NCBI GenBank assembly: GCA_963829055.1
Contig: CAWHHI010000008.1
Span: forward strand, 224,001-288,000
Direction of reading: 5' to 3'
DNA length: 64,000 nt
Source of the DNA: an uncultured Gemmatimonadaceae bacterium
GTDB taxonomy: Bacteria; Gemmatimonadota; Gemmatimonadetes; Gemmatimonadales; Gemmatimonadaceae
The notes beneath the pieces are model-generated. The model worked only from the letters and a program-made list of their open reading frames with translations. It had not been told where the DNA came from and ran no database searches. Of the stretch, positions 1 to 11,135 are shown piece by piece (position 1 is the stretch's first letter; every line of letters starts with the position of its first letter). Position numbers and translations under genes: made by a program.

Positions 1-502
1 CTGCAGTGCGTCGTGCAGCGGCGCGAGCCCTCGGCCGCCGTCCTTCGTACTCGTTAGGTGCAGCGGGTAGCCGGCGCGCACGTGGTCGGCGAACATTGCC
101 TGCGCTTCCGACTCGCTCGCGAGGTCGACCTTGTTGACGACGATGCGCGCCGCCAGCGAGTTCGCCTCGGCGATCACGAGAAAGCGATCGAGCATCGCCG
201 GGTGGGGCGTCGGCTTCACGAGCGCGAACACGACGACCACCTGATCGACGTTCGCGGCGATGATCCGCTCACCGCGACCCGAACCAGGCTCCCGTCGCGC
301 CAGCTTCGAGCGCCGCGGGTGGATCTCCGCGATGACGAACCCGTCGCCGCGCGTCCTTCGGCTCGAGCTCGACCTCATCGCCGACAGCGAGCTTGAGCCC
401 ACCAAGCTTGACCCGGCCGCGGACGGAGCAGTCATACGTTAGGCCGTCGGCGCCAAGCACGCGCCAGATACCGCCAGTTCCCGATAGCGCTGTTCCGCGC
501 AT
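1..502 (-). CDS. rsgA: Ribosome small subunit-dependent GTPase A, 5' part (runs off left edge; apparent frameshift near 350)
   Basis: N-terminus CSVRGRVK..LAVGDEV continues in another frame as IAEIHPRRSKLAR...IIAANVDQVVVVFA...LDRFLVIAEA...IVVNKVDL (NKxD motif). Confidence 0.9.
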
Positions 503-521
503 CAGCGTGTGATCCAGTAGA

Positions 522-911
522 TCATTCGTCCCTCATGGCATCCCACCATCGCCGTGACGGACGGTTCGCCGATTGCTCGTTAATGAGCTCGTCCAGAATG
601 CGCCGGACCGCGTCGAGCTTCATCTCGCCAAGGGCCGCGCGCGCTGCGTCTTCCGTTGCGCCGTAGGCGAGAAAGTCAGTCTCCAGATGCCCCTCGATAC
701 CCTGCGAACCAACGCGTCGCCACCGCAGGAACAGGAAGTAGGCGCCGTACGGTCGCCCGGCGATCTCCGTCCTATCGACGACGATCTCCACGCTGTACGA
801 CATCCCGTCCGACCCCTCGAACGCCGCGGGTCTTGCATGCACGGCGCTGTACCCACCGATCGTGTTCGCGTCACCACGCGAATGATCGGGAGGCTGAAAG
901 CGGCCGGGCAC
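522..911 (-). CDS. Hypothetical protein (about 129 aa)
   Basis: GTG at 911, 2 nt after the proline dehydrogenase stop, in frame with ORF 522..1010; protein-like composition; sits between two same-strand housekeeping genes. Confidence 0.65.
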   Translation of the reverse strand: MPGRFQPPDHSRGDANTIGGYSAVHARPAAFEGSDGMSYSVEIVVDRTEIAGRPYGAYFLFLRWRRVGSQGIEGHLETDFLAYGATEDAARAALGEMKLDAVRRILDELINEQSANRPSRRWWDAMRDE

Positions 912-913
912 CG

Positions 914-1847
914 TCAGCGACCGCGCAGCATTTCTTTCACGACGTTGCCCGTCATGAACGCGACGTTCGCGGGACGTTCCGCCAGGCGGCGCATGAGATA
1001 CGGATACCACTGCGTGCCGAACGGCACGTACACGCGCATGCGGTACCCTTCGCGCACGAGCTGTTCCTGCAGGTCGCGGCGGACGCCATAGAGCATCTGG
1101 AACTCGTATCGGTCCGTCGCGATCTTCCGCTCGGCCGCGAATCGCTTCGCGTCAGCGATGATGCGCTCGTCGTGCGTGGCGATGCCCGGGTAGTTGCCGT
1201 CGCTCATGAGCGACGTGCATGCAGCGGATGTACTGCTCGTCCACGTCGCGCTTGTCCGGGAATGCGACCGACGCCGGCTCCTGATACGCGCCCTTGCAGA
1301 TGCGAACGCGAGCGTGCAGGCGGTTCGCCATCTCGACGTCGGCGTACGTGCGACGCAGGTAGCTCTGGAGCACGATCCCGACGTGCTTCGGGTACGACGG
1401 GTACAGGCGATGCTCGAACATATGGAGCGTGCGCTCCGTGTACGCGCTGCTCTCCATGTCGATGCGCACGAACGATCCGTAGTCGCGGGCACGGTCGAGC
1501 ACCATCTGCATGTTCGCGACGCAGAGGTCTTCGGAGACGTCGAGGCCCATCGCCGTCAGCTTGAGCGACACGTTCGCATCGAGCTTCTGCGACTGGATGC
1601 GATCGAGCAGGTCGAGATAGGACTTCGCCGTCGCCCGCGCCTCTTCCTCGCGGTGCACGCTCTCGCCCAGCAGATCGAGCGACGCCGTAATGCCGCGCGC
1701 GTTGAGCGCTCGGACCGCGGTCATTGCCTCTTCGATCGTCTCGCCCGCCACGAAACGCGACGCCATGCGTCTCGCGAGCCCGTTACGGCGCACGAACGTG
1801 AAGACTTTTTGCTGATTCGAGAGGTAGAGCAGCGTCTTCCTCAGCAT
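914..1847 (-). CDS. Monofunctional proline dehydrogenase (apparent frameshift near 1220)
   Basis: SRFVAGETIEEA, SLKLTAMGL, VRIDMESS, VRICKGAY in ORF 1152..1847; IATHD, EFQMLYGVR, RVYVPFG..WYPYLMRRLAERPAN in ORF 914..1492. Confidence 0.93.
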
Positions 1848-1990
1848 GAGGCCTCGTGATCGGCGCGAGAGCGAGCTAGGCGAGTGAGAGAACGTCGTGT
1901 GTTAGCGGCACCGGCGCGACAGACGCCACTATCGGCGCGTAAATATACCCAGCCCTCTGGACCGCTGGTGCAAGATGGCGGGGCCCGGTT

Positions 1991-3709
1991 TCATGCAGGA
2001 CCCAAGCCGCACTGTCCGGGTAACGCCGTCGTCAGGCGGATTGGGCTGAGGCGTAGGGCTGTGCCAGCGGCACGCTCACCGACGTTCCAGGCCACGAGTC
2101 CGTCATCGCTTCGAGGATCGATCATGTAGGTGGCAAGCACGCCGAGCGGTTGCGTGAGACGCACGACGTAGCTTCCGGGCTCGATGCGCGTGTTGGCCTG
2201 CTGCCAGCGGCCCTCCACCCGAACACTCCGGCGATTCTGGAACGCCGTGGGTGACACGATCACCGAGTCGGAGGTGAACGACTGTGCGGTCGCCGAGCAC
2301 TCGCTGCGCGTGCGCTCGACCGTGATGCCGTGAAGCGCGAGCAGTTGCGCCGCGGTCGAATCCGCGGCGGGCAGCGCGAACCCCCACGCAGTCGGCGTCG
2401 ACATCGTCGGAACGAAGCGATCGTAGACGGGCATCTGCACGCGCCGATAGCTGCCCGTCCGTCGCATGCCGCGGCGCACGCCTGGTTCGGTGCGGAGCGT
2501 GTCGCCGGTGCGTTCGAGCGTTTCGACGATCACCTCACCGGTATAGGGCTTCGTGGTCAGATCTCCGCGAATCGGGATCTGCGCCGACGATGTGCCCGTT
2601 CCCCACGACGCCACCGCCGAATCCGCTCGCGCCGAGAGCGCGCGAATGCGCGCTCCACGCTCGGCCACGAGCGTGAGCAGCTCACTCACGAATGCGTACG
2701 TCGACGCCACGCGGCGAGGAAACGGATCGTGAGAATACGCTTCGCTCAACACGGACATGCGACCGCGTAGCGCGTAGTAGTTCGTCCCGTAGCGCGGGCG
2801 ATGATCGTAGGTGAACCATCCGCGGTCCGCGGAGTCCTGCGAGACGAAGTTGCCGTAGTCGAACGTCTCGTAGCCTCGTCGGGTTCGGACGCGGCGGCGA
2901 AGCTCCGGCAGCAGTGAGTCGCGCACGAACGCGCCACCGGAGAAGGCCGGCCCAATGTCGCCAGCTGGGTTGAGCGACGGGGCATACGTCAGCGCGTACC
3001 CGTGATAGCTGCCGTCGGTCGTGTGCAGATCGACGAAGAAGTCGGGATTCCAACGATTGAACGCACTGAGCGACGCGCGAGTTTCCGGCGCGTCGGCCTT
3101 CATGTAGTCGCGATTCAGATCGAAGCTCTGCGCATTCGGCCGCTGACCGACGAGCTCCGGCCCGTTCTGTGCTCCGCGATTCTGCGCCTGGGGCGCGAAA
3201 CGCTCGTTGCCGTCGGCATTGTAGATCGGCACGGCGATGAGCACGATGGAATCGAGCACGTTGCGCTTCTTGTCGAAGACGAGATCGCGCAGCAGTGCCT
3301 GCAACGCTTCTTTGCCCTCCACTTCGCCGGCGTGAATGTTCCCCTGCACGTACACCATCGGACGACCGAGAGCGCGCGCGGCGTCCGGCGTCGAGACCGG
3401 CGGCCGAGACGCGATCACGTACGGAATCTCCCGGCCCTCACTGGTCTTTCCGATGCTGCCTACGGCAATCGGTGCCCCGAGGCGTTTCAGAGAATCGATG
3501 AATGCCACGACGTCGGCATAGTGCGACGTCTCGGTGTAGTTCGTCAGCTCGGCGCGCGTGCGAGGAAGCCGGGCATCGGTCACCGGCGGCGGCACGGCGC
3601 CGGAAACGTTAGGCGCTGCTGCCGCGCTCGGGGTGGTTCGGGAGCAGGCGACGGCTCCGCCGAGTAATGGCACGACGAGAGCGGCCGCGACGACACGCGA
3701 TCGGAACAT
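1991..3709 (-). CDS. M14 family zinc carboxypeptidase, probable lipoprotein
   Basis: Zinc motif IHAGE, DLNRD, VDLHTTDG; signal peptide ending GGAVAC; start at 3709 (alternative 3742). Confidence 0.88.
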   Translation of the reverse strand: MFRSRVVAAALVVPLLGGAVACSRTTPSAAAAPNVSGAVPPPVTDARLPRTRAELTNYTETSHYADVVAFIDSLKRLGAPIAVGSIGKTSEGREIPYVIASRPPVSTPDAARALGRPMVYVQGNIHAGEVEGKEALQALLRDLVFDKKRNVLDSIVLIAVPIYNADGNERFAPQAQNRGAQNGPELVGQRPNAQSFDLNRDYMKADAPETRASLSAFNRWNPDFFVDLHTTDGSYHGYALTYAPSLNPAGDIGPAFSGGAFVRDSLLPELRRRVRTRRGYETFDYGNFVSQDSADRGWFTYDHRPRYGTNYYALRGRMSVLSEAYSHDPFPRRVASTYAFVSELLTLVAERGARIRALSARADSAVASWGTGTSSAQIPIRGDLTTKPYTGEVIVETLERTGDTLRTEPGVRRGMRRTGSYRRVQMPVYDRFVPTMSTPTAWGFALPAADSTAAQLLALHGITVERTRSECSATAQSFTSDSVIVSPTAFQNRRSVRVEGRWQQANTRIEPGSYVVRLTQPLGVLATYMIDPRSDDGLVAWNVGERAAGTALRLSPIRLTTALPGQCGLGPA

Positions 3710-3771
3710 GACGGGTGATTGAGAGAAGAGCGAACGTGGCATCAGTGTGCTTCCGGCGTCACCCGGCTGAG

Positions 3772-5934
3772 TCAGCCGCCTAGCGGATGGCCACGCTCCG
3801 GGTAGAAGCGACGGCCTTCACGAGCCATCTCAATGAGAAGCTGCGCCGGCGCGAACCTCGGCGCGCGGTCAGCGTTCAGGCCCTCGAGCGCGCGAACGAT
3901 TCGCTCGGTACCGAGGGAATCCACGTAGCGGAATGGGCCGCCGCGGAATGGCGGGAACCCGATGCCGAACACGGCGCCAACGTCACCGTCTCTCGGCGCG
4001 CGAAGCACGCCTTCCTGGAGACAGCGCGCCGCTTCGTTCACCATCGCGAGCACGCACCGGCGCTGAATCTCGTCCCCTGGCAACTCGGCTCGCCGTTGAC
4101 CCGTCGGCAGCAAGTCGTAGACAGACGGGTCGACGCCGCTCTTCTTGCCGGCGTCGTCGTACTTGTAGAAGCCGCTCTTCCCTTTTCGTCCGGTGCGCCC
4201 CGCCGACACTACACGCTGCAACGATTGCGACGGCGCGAGCCGAGCGCCGAAGGCATCGACCATGATCGCGCCGGACTTGCCGGCGATGTCGAGCCCGACC
4301 TCGTCGATCAGCGTGATGGGACCGACCGGGAATCCGAAGTCCACGAGCGCGCGATCCACGGCGTCGATCGCCACGCCCTCGTCCAGCAGGATGCCAGCCT
4401 CGTTGATGTAGGGCGCCAGGATGCGGTTCACGAAGAATCCAGGCGCGTCGTTCACCACGATGACCGTCTTGCCTAACGACTTGCCGTAGCTCACGACCGT
4501 CGCCGTCACTTCCGGCGCCGTCGTCGGCGTGGTGATGACCTCGAGCAACGGCATCTTCGTCACCGGCGAGAAGAAGTGCATCCCGATGACCCGCTCCGGC
4601 CGCTTCGACGCTTCGGCAATTCGTGCGATCGGGATGGTGCTCGTGTTCGACGCGAAGATGGACGTGGGCCTGGTGGCGGCTTCCGTCTCGCGGAGCACGG
4701 TCTGCTTCACGGCCAGGTCCTCGAACACGGCCTCGATGACCAGGTCGACGTTCTGAAAGCCCGCGTATTCGATCGTGCCGCCAACGAGCGACATGTAGTC
4801 GTCGAGCTGCTGACGGGTGATCTGCTTCTTCGTCAGGCGCTCGCGCAGGGTCTCGCGCACCGTGGCCAACCCCTTCCCCACCCGGGCGTGGTCGGCATCC
4901 TTGAGCCGGACGATCGTTCCCTGCGGCGCTGCGATGGACGCGATACCGGATCCCATGAAACCGGCGCCGAGGATGGCGAGCTTGCGAATCGGGAGCGGTG
5001 GAGGCGCCGGCTCGGCAACGCCCGGATCCTTCTTCAACGCCGTCGTCGCGAAGAAGAGGAACACGAGCTGCCGCGAGACCTCACTGACCGCGAGCTCGCC
5101 GAAGAGCCGAGCCTCCTCCCGATATCCGCGTTCACTGCCATGGGCAAAGCCGTTGGCGACAGCATCGAGCGCGGCGAGCGGCGCGGGGAAATGGCCACGC
5201 GTGCGCGCCAATACTTTCTCGCGCGCTTGCCGAATTACCAACGCGCGTCCAACGCGATTCTCATCGAGCAGCAGGTGACGAGCACCGTGCGGACCACTCG
5301 GCGCACCACGACGAAGCGCGCCGTCGGCCAGGGCGCGGGCGCGCGCAATCGCGATCTCGTCGAGGATGGCGGGGTGCACCAGCTCGTGCACGAGACCAAT
5401 CTGCAACGCCTTCCGGCCGCGCACGTTCTTCCCCGTGAGAATCATGTCGAGCGCAGCCTCGAGTCCGACGAGGCGCGGCAGACGCTGCGTTCCGCCACCT
5501 CCAGGGATCAGGCCGAGCTGCACTTCAGGGAGCGCGAATACCGTTTTCGGGGCATCGCTCGCGACGCGATAGGCGCAGGCGAGAGCAGCTTCGAGACCAC
5601 CGCCGAGGCAGGCGCCATTGATCGCCGCGACGACAGGTGTTCGAAGATTCTCCAACCGGTCGAGGAGCGCGTGCCCGTCGCGGCTCATCGCCTCTGCCTG
5701 CGATGACGTCTCGATCTGCAGGAACTCCTCGATGTCCGCTCCCGCCACCCAGACGTCCGGCTTGCCGCTGCGAATGACCGCTGCCTGGATCGCCGGGTCC
5801 CGCTCCAGCTGATCGAGCACGCGGGCAAATTCCTCACGCACGAGTCGCGTGAACGTGTTCACGGCCGCGTTAGGCACGTCGAGTGTCACGACAGCCACGC
5901 CGTCGCGCACGTCGAGCGAGAGCGTTGAGCTCAT
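3772..5934 (-). CDS. fadJ: Fatty acid oxidation complex alpha subunit (enoyl-CoA hydratase / 3-hydroxyacyl-CoA dehydrogenase)
   Basis: [58 protein letters not shown]; 720 aa. Confidence 0.93.
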   Translation of the reverse strand: MSSTLSLDVRDGVAVVTLDVPNAAVNTFTRLVREEFARVLDQLERDPAIQAAVIRSGKPDVWVAGADIEEFLQIETSSQAEAMSRDGHALLDRLENLRTPVVAAINGACLGGGLEAALACAYRVASDAPKTVFALPEVQLGLIPGGGGTQRLPRLVGLEAALDMILTGKNVRGRKALQIGLVHELVHPAILDEIAIARARALADGALRRGAPSGPHGARHLLLDENRVGRALVIRQAREKVLARTRGHFPAPLAALDAVANGFAHGSERGYREEARLFGELAVSEVSRQLVFLFFATTALKKDPGVAEPAPPPLPIRKLAILGAGFMGSGIASIAAPQGTIVRLKDADHARVGKGLATVRETLRERLTKKQITRQQLDDYMSLVGGTIEYAGFQNVDLVIEAVFEDLAVKQTVLRETEAATRPTSIFASNTSTIPIARIAEASKRPERVIGMHFFSPVTKMPLLEVITTPTTAPEVTATVVSYGKSLGKTVIVVNDAPGFFVNRILAPYINEAGILLDEGVAIDAVDRALVDFGFPVGPITLIDEVGLDIAGKSGAIMVDAFGARLAPSQSLQRVVSAGRTGRKGKSGFYKYDDAGKKSGVDPSVYDLLPTGQRRAELPGDEIQRRCVLAMVNEAARCLQEGVLRAPRDGDVGAVFGIGFPPFRGGPFRYVDSLGTERIVRALEGLNADRAPRFAPAQLLIEMAREGRRFYPERGHPLGG

Positions 5935-5947
5935 TCCGCTTTCCGTA

Positions 5948-7243
5948 TCATTGACGTTCGACGACCATCGCGAAGCCCATTCCCCCTGCCGCGCACACGG
6001 TCATGAGGCCGAACTGCCCGCCACGGCGCCCGAGCTCGTTGAGCAGCGTGGTCGTGATCCGCGCGCCAGTCGCGCCGAACGGGTGGCCGATCGCGATCGA
6101 CCCGCCCATGACGTTGAGTCGCGCCCGATCGACTTCACCAACGGGCTCGGAGAAGCCGGCTCGCTCGGCCCACGCCTGCGACTCGAAGCCACGGAGGTTC
6201 GAGAGCACCTGCGCGGCGAACGCCTCGTGCATCTCGACGAGATCGATGTCGCGGAGCGAGAGCCCCGCGCGCCGCAGCGCCACCGGTGCGGCCAGAACCG
6301 GCGCCTGCAGCAGTTGCTCTCCCGGGTCGAGCGCGGCATACGCATACGACCGAATGAAGCCGAGCGGCTCGTAGCCGAGCGCGCGTGCGCGGTCCTCGCT
6401 CATGAGCAGCACCGCGGCGCCGCCGTCGGTGAGCGGCGATGAGTTACCGGCGGTAACCGACCCGTACTTGCGATCGAACACCGGCTTCAGCGCCGCGAGC
6501 GCCTCGATGCTCGTATCCTCGCGAATGCCGTTGTCGCTCGTGAGTACCGTGTCGTACCTGGGCGGCACATACGTAGGCGCGATCTCGGCCGTGAGTCGCG
6601 AGTCCTTCGTACCTGCCGACGCGAGCCGGTGGGATCGCAAGGCGAACTGATCCTGCTCATCGCGAAGAACGTGATTGATCTTCGCCATCTTCTCGGCCGA
6701 CTGCCCCATGGTCTCACCGGTGGACGGCTCGGCGATGGCGGGCGTGATGGGCACGAGGTCTTTCGGACGAATGCGCGACAGTGCCTTGACGCGGCCACCG
6801 AGCGACTTCGCGCGCGACGCGGCCACGAGCGCGTCGGCGAACCCGCGCGAGTGAAGTACGGGCACGTTCGAGAGCGATTCCGCGCCGCCGGCAATGACGA
6901 CGGACGCGTGACCGAGTGCGATCTGGTCAGCGGCGTCGGTGATGGCTTGATTCGCGGAGGCGCACGCCCGGCTCACGGTGACGGCCTGCACGCCTTTCGG
7001 CAGCATCGGCAGGAGCGAGACCTCGCGCGCGATGTTAGGCGCGATCACAGACGGAACGACCGTGCCGAAGACGAGCGCCTCGACCTCTCGGCCGTCGAGT
7101 CCCGTGCGTTGAATCAGCTCGGTGACGCACGCCTTCCCGAGGTCGATGGCCGAGATGTTCCTGAGCGCGGTGCCGGCCCGGGCGAACGGCGTCCGCACGC
7201 CCGCCACGATCGCGACTCGACGGCCATTCCCATACGTCTCCAT
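5948..7243 (-). CDS. fadI: 3-ketoacyl-CoA thiolase (fatty acid oxidation beta subunit)
   Basis: GVRTPF, VSRACAS, EMHEAFA, GSIAIGHPFGATG, VCAAGGMG; directly upstream of fadJ. Confidence 0.93.
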   Translation of the reverse strand: METYGNGRRVAIVAGVRTPFARAGTALRNISAIDLGKACVTELIQRTGLDGREVEALVFGTVVPSVIAPNIAREVSLLPMLPKGVQAVTVSRACASANQAITDAADQIALGHASVVIAGGAESLSNVPVLHSRGFADALVAASRAKSLGGRVKALSRIRPKDLVPITPAIAEPSTGETMGQSAEKMAKINHVLRDEQDQFALRSHRLASAGTKDSRLTAEIAPTYVPPRYDTVLTSDNGIREDTSIEALAALKPVFDRKYGSVTAGNSSPLTDGGAAVLLMSEDRARALGYEPLGFIRSYAYAALDPGEQLLQAPVLAAPVALRRAGLSLRDIDLVEMHEAFAAQVLSNLRGFESQAWAERAGFSEPVGEVDRARLNVMGGSIAIGHPFGATGARITTTLLNELGRRGGQFGLMTVCAAGGMGFAMVVERQ

Positions 7244-7371
7244 GCGGGAAACCTACTTACCGCCGCAAGTCGTTGGACTCACAATATTTGCCGGAAGCGC
7301 CCGCGGCATCCACGTTGGGACTCGCCCGGTTCGCACCGAGGAGCTTGCCGTCGCGGATACCATCGTTAGGG

Positions 7372-7969
7372 TTACCGTTTGGTTGCGACAGCACGGGCAA
7401 CGTGCCTTTCCCCAGCACTATCGCTGAGCAGTCGTTCCTCGTACTCGGAGACGTCCAGTGGCGCGACGAGCGTCCGCAGTTCGCCCGGCTCGAGCAGGTA
7501 TTCAGGGTTTCGCGGTCCGCGCGCGCGCCCGCGGGCGACGACGTCGAGGTGTGCACGCGTGAACGTCTCGTACACGAGCGTGCCGCCGGCGGTAAGCAGC
7601 GTCGCCAGTGTTGGGAAGACCGACCGATCGAGAAAGCTCACGCACACGATCGCGTCCACCGAATTGGGTCGCAGTGGACACGCCCGCGCGTCAGCGACCA
7701 AGCCGACGATGCGGTCGTCACGTCCGGTGGCTCCCTCGACGGCGGCGAACACGAAGTCCATGACGATCACGCGTCGCCCGGTGCGCGCGATCGCGGCGGC
7801 GTTGCGTCCCGAGCCTCCAGCAAGGTCGAGCACCAGCGCATGCGGCGGCAGCGCACGACATCGATCGACGACCCAGTCGGATGGGTTCCGATCGAGCTCG
7901 CAACCTCGCTCACTGTACCTCTCCCGCCAATGCGCGCGGTCATCGCGTCCGGATCCGTCGCCCTGTCAT
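7372..7969 (-). CDS. Class I SAM-dependent methyltransferase (TehB-like); start needs a 1-nt correction near 7962
   Basis: Frame reads DDRAHWRERY...PSDWVV...VLDLAGGSGRNA...FLDR...GGTLVYETF...NPEYLLEPGEL; nearest ATG at 7969 is one base out of frame across a GGG run. Confidence 0.75.
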
Positions 7970-7971
7970 CG

Positions 7972-9696
7972 ATGACTGACGAGACTCGGGACGACGTCTC
8001 CTTGCCCACGGTCCGGCGAAAGCTCGACGCGGCGGACAATCCGGCAACGCATCGTGCGGCGCGGCTGGCGCGCCTCACCGCCGAACCGTTCGATGTGCTC
8101 ATCGTCGGCGGAGGCATCACGGGCGCGGGGATCGCGCGCGACGCGGCTATGCGCGGGTTGCGCACCGCGCTCGTCGAGCGTGACGACTTCGGAAGCGGCA
8201 CATCGAGTCGCTCGTCTCGGCTGGTACACGGCGGCGTGCGCTATCTCGAGCATGGGCATCTGCATCTGGTGTTCGAGTCCAGCCGTGAGCGGCGGACGCT
8301 GATGCGCATCGCACCTCACCTCGTGCGTCCGCTGCGATTCACCTGGCCCGTCTATCGTGGCAGCCGCATCCCGCTCTGGAAGTTGAGCGCCGGCCTGTTC
8401 ATGTACGATGCGCTCGCCGCGTTTCGCAATGTAGAAAGTCATCGTTCGCTCGAGGCGCGTGAGGTGCTCGCGCATGAACCGGCTCTGCGGCGCGATGGTC
8501 TCGTCGGCGGCGCCGAGTACTATGACGCGTCCACGGATGACGCGCGACTGACGCTGGCGAACGTCATTGATGCCGAGCACCATGGCGGCGTCGCGGTGAA
8601 TCACGTGTCGGTGGTGCGGCTGCTGCGTGAGGGCGGTCGCGTGGTCGGCGCGGCGATTCGCGAAGCGCCGGATGGACCGGAGGCAGAAATTCGCGCGCGC
8701 GTCGTCGTGAATGCGACGGGGGCCTGGACCGACGCGCTTCGGGGCATGGACACGGGCGACACCGGCGACATCGGCGCGAGCGGCAACGGTGCGGTGCGCG
8801 GGACCAAGGGCGTACACATCGCGGTGTCGCGGGAGCGACTGGCAACTCAGGCTGCCCTGACGCTGCTCTCTCCCATCGATGGACGCGTCATGTTCGCGCT
8901 GCCGTCGACGGCGACGACGATCATCGGCACGACGGACACGCCAACCGATGAGCGACCAGAAGAGGTGCGTGCGTCGCCGGCGGACATCGAGTACCTGCTC
9001 GCGGCGGCGAACTCGTTCTTCCCGGCAGCGCATCTCACGCCCGACGACGTGATCGCGGCGTGGGCAGGGATTCGTCCGCTCGTCGCGTCGGGGTTCACGC
9101 GCGACCCGGCGAGTGCCTCACGCGAGCACCGCATCGACCGCAGCGCATCGGGGCTCATCTCCGTGTCCGGCGGCAAGCTCACCACGTTTCGATCGATGGC
9201 GGCGGAGGTCGTGGACGTGGTAGAGCAGTCGTTGGGGAAGCGCCCGTCGCGATCACGGACGGATCGCGTGCCGCTGCCCGGTGGTGACATGCGGGCGCTC
9301 GACGAGCTCCGTCGCGCGGCGGAGCTGGAAGTGGGCGACGCCGCCGTCGCGCGCCGGCTCGTGGAGGCGCACGGCACGCGGTGGCGCGACGTCTCCGCGC
9401 TGACGGCGGAGGAGCCGGCGTTGGCGCGCCGCATCGTGCGCGACCTGCCGTACCTGCTGGCGGAAGTCGTCTACGCGGCGGAGCGCGAGATGGCGGTGAC
9501 GCTCGCCGACGTGCTCGTTAGGCGTCTCCGTATCGCGTACGAGATGGCGGACCACGGCCGCTCCGCCTCGCGCGTCGCGACCGCGGTACTTGCCGGCCGG
9601 CTCGGCTGGGACAACGCGCGTGCTCGCGTCGAGATCATGCGCTACGACGACGAGGTCACGCGGATCTTTGGCGCACCCGCGACAACGCTCGCGTGA
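7972..9696 (+). CDS. glpD: FAD-dependent glycerol-3-phosphate dehydrogenase
   Basis: DVLIVGGGITGAGIARDAAMRG, GTSSRSSRLVHGGVRYLE, KGVH, WAGIRPL, GGKLTTFR; start uncertain; the 7273 ORF start is spurious. Confidence 0.9.
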   Translation: MTDETRDDVSLPTVRRKLDAADNPATHRAARLARLTAEPFDVLIVGGGITGAGIARDAAMRGLRTALVERDDFGSGTSSRSSRLVHGGVRYLEHGHLHLVFESSRERRTLMRIAPHLVRPLRFTWPVYRGSRIPLWKLSAGLFMYDALAAFRNVESHRSLEAREVLAHEPALRRDGLVGGAEYYDASTDDARLTLANVIDAEHHGGVAVNHVSVVRLLREGGRVVGAAIREAPDGPEAEIRARVVVNATGAWTDALRGMDTGDTGDIGASGNGAVRGTKGVHIAVSRERLATQAALTLLSPIDGRVMFALPSTATTIIGTTDTPTDERPEEVRASPADIEYLLAAANSFFPAAHLTPDDVIAAWAGIRPLVASGFTRDPASASREHRIDRSASGLISVSGGKLTTFRSMAAEVVDVVEQSLGKRPSRSRTDRVPLPGGDMRALDELRRAAELEVGDAAVARRLVEAHGTRWRDVSALTAEEPALARRIVRDLPYLLAEVVYAAEREMAVTLADVLVRRLRIAYEMADHGRSASRVATAVLAGRLGWDNARARVEIMRYDDEVTRIFGAPATTLA

Positions 9697-9723
9697 GAGC
9701 TGCGGCGTGCCGCGCGTGGCGCG

Positions 9724-10200
9724 CTACTCGACGACGCCCTGGTGGATGGTCGTCAGCTCGACGATGCGCAGTCGACGCGTCGCGGCCGGCAGCTTCAGCA
9801 GGATGTCGTCCCCAACAGCTTTGCCCACGAGCGCGCGACCGATGAGCGAGCCCATGCTCACGTGCCCTTCCTCGAACTCGACCGAGTCACCGAACACGAG
9901 GCTGAACGTCTCGTGGGCTTTGGTCTGCTGATCCTCACAGACGACACGCGACCCGAGCCCGACCTTGTCGGTCGGGATCTGTGCCAGATCGATCTGCGAA
10001 AGCTTACTGAGACGCTGCCGGAGTTGACCGAGCCGCGCCTGGACGAACTGCTGGCGCTCGAGGGCAGCCTTGTACTCGCTATTCTCGCGCAGGTCGCCGA
10101 GCTCCACCGCCTTCCGAATCTCGTTCGGGAGGACGACGTTCAGCTCGTGTTGGAGGCGTTGTACCTCGTCGCCCAGCTTTTGCTTCAGCTCTTCGATCAT
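9724..10200 (-). CDS. greA: Transcription elongation factor GreA/GreB family
   Basis: AVELGDLRENSEYKAALERQ, VGLGSRV, SLIGRALVGKAVGD; 158 aa from ATG 10200. Confidence 0.92.
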   Translation of the reverse strand: MIEELKQKLGDEVQRLQHELNVVLPNEIRKAVELGDLRENSEYKAALERQQFVQARLGQLRQRLSKLSQIDLAQIPTDKVGLGSRVVCEDQQTKAHETFSLVFGDSVEFEEGHVSMGSLIGRALVGKAVGDDILLKLPAATRRLRIVELTTIHQGVVE

Positions 10201-10233
10201 CGGGCCCCGCAGAGACAGATCCAACGGCGATAT

Positions 10234-10270
10234 AAAAAAGTGGAGCGCCCGGCCTTTCGAGCCGGGCGCT
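10234..10270 (-). terminator. Intrinsic terminator in the greA 5' leader
   Basis: Perfect 10-bp stem AGCGCCCGGC/GCCGGGCGCT with 7-nt loop, followed on the minus strand by CCAC-TTTTTT. Confidence 0.75.
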
Positions 10271-10282
10271 ACGCCCTTGTTC

Positions 10283-10311
10283 AAGGTAAGCCGCGTGCAT
10301 GAGCGAGGCAA
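10283..10311 (-). promoter_or_regulatory. Sigma70-like promoter for greA
   Basis: Minus strand TTGCCT-17 nt-TACCTT, about 12 nt upstream of the leader hairpin. Confidence 0.6.
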
Positions 10312-10332
10312 ACCCGGCGGACAACGGATGGG

Positions 10333-11135
10333 ATGATACGCATCGAGCAACACGGCGACGTCACGCGGCTCGAAATGTCGAGCCTGTGGAGTCGCGCGAT
10401 CGGCTATACGGCGAGCGCGTATCTCGTGCGTGGGGTGCTCATTGATTGCGGGTTTCATGGCGTTGGTCGCGAGGTGCACGCGATGCTCGCGGAAACGCGT
10501 CCGCGCGGCCTGCTCATCACGCACTACCACGAGGACCACGCGGGGAACGTGGAGCGCGTGGCTCGACTTGGCATTCCCATCGCGGCATCGACCGACACGC
10601 TTCGCCCGGCTGCGGTCGCCGGCTCCGATTCGGTTGTACCGCCGGGTCACGTGGGGAGCCGCTCCTGCGTTGCGCTCCAACGTGACTCCGTTTCTGAGAC
10701 GATGCGCTCACGCTGATTGCCGCGCCGGGGCACTCGGTGGACCATCACGTGGTGTGGGACGCGACCGACGGGACGCTGTTCGGCGGCGACCTGTACCTCG
10801 GCGTCAAGGTGCGCGTGGCGCACCCGGGCGAGGACCCGCGGGTGCTGGCGGCGACGCTTCGCCGCATCGCCGCGTTAGGCCCGACGCGACTGTTCGATGC
10901 GCACCGTGGGTACGTGGCGAACCCTGCTCCGCTGCTGCTTGCGAAAGCGGACTGGATCGATGAGACGATTGCTTCTATCGAACGGCGGATTGCCGACGGC
11001 GCATCGGATTCCGCGATCGTGCGAGAGTTGTTTGGCGGGGAGTCTATGCCGGGACGCTTCTCTGGTGGCGACTACTCGCGCACGAACTTTGTTCGGGCGG
11101 TCAGGACGGGGACTGGGGACGGGTACGGGGACTGA
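10333..11135 (+). CDS. Metallo-beta-lactamase fold hydrolase (frameshifted between about 10600 and 10740)
   Basis: LIDCG, THYHEDHAG, GHSVDH, LFGGDL, LFDAHRG spread over three frames. Confidence 0.85.

Noticed and set aside
7273..7971. 807-aa ORF suggesting an N-terminally extended GlpD
   Set aside because: The extension is the antisense frame of the methyltransferase
10201..10680. Long N-terminal extension of GreA in the 318-aa ORF
   Set aside because: Overlaps the opposite-strand MBL gene and the promoter/terminator leader; homology starts at ATG 10200
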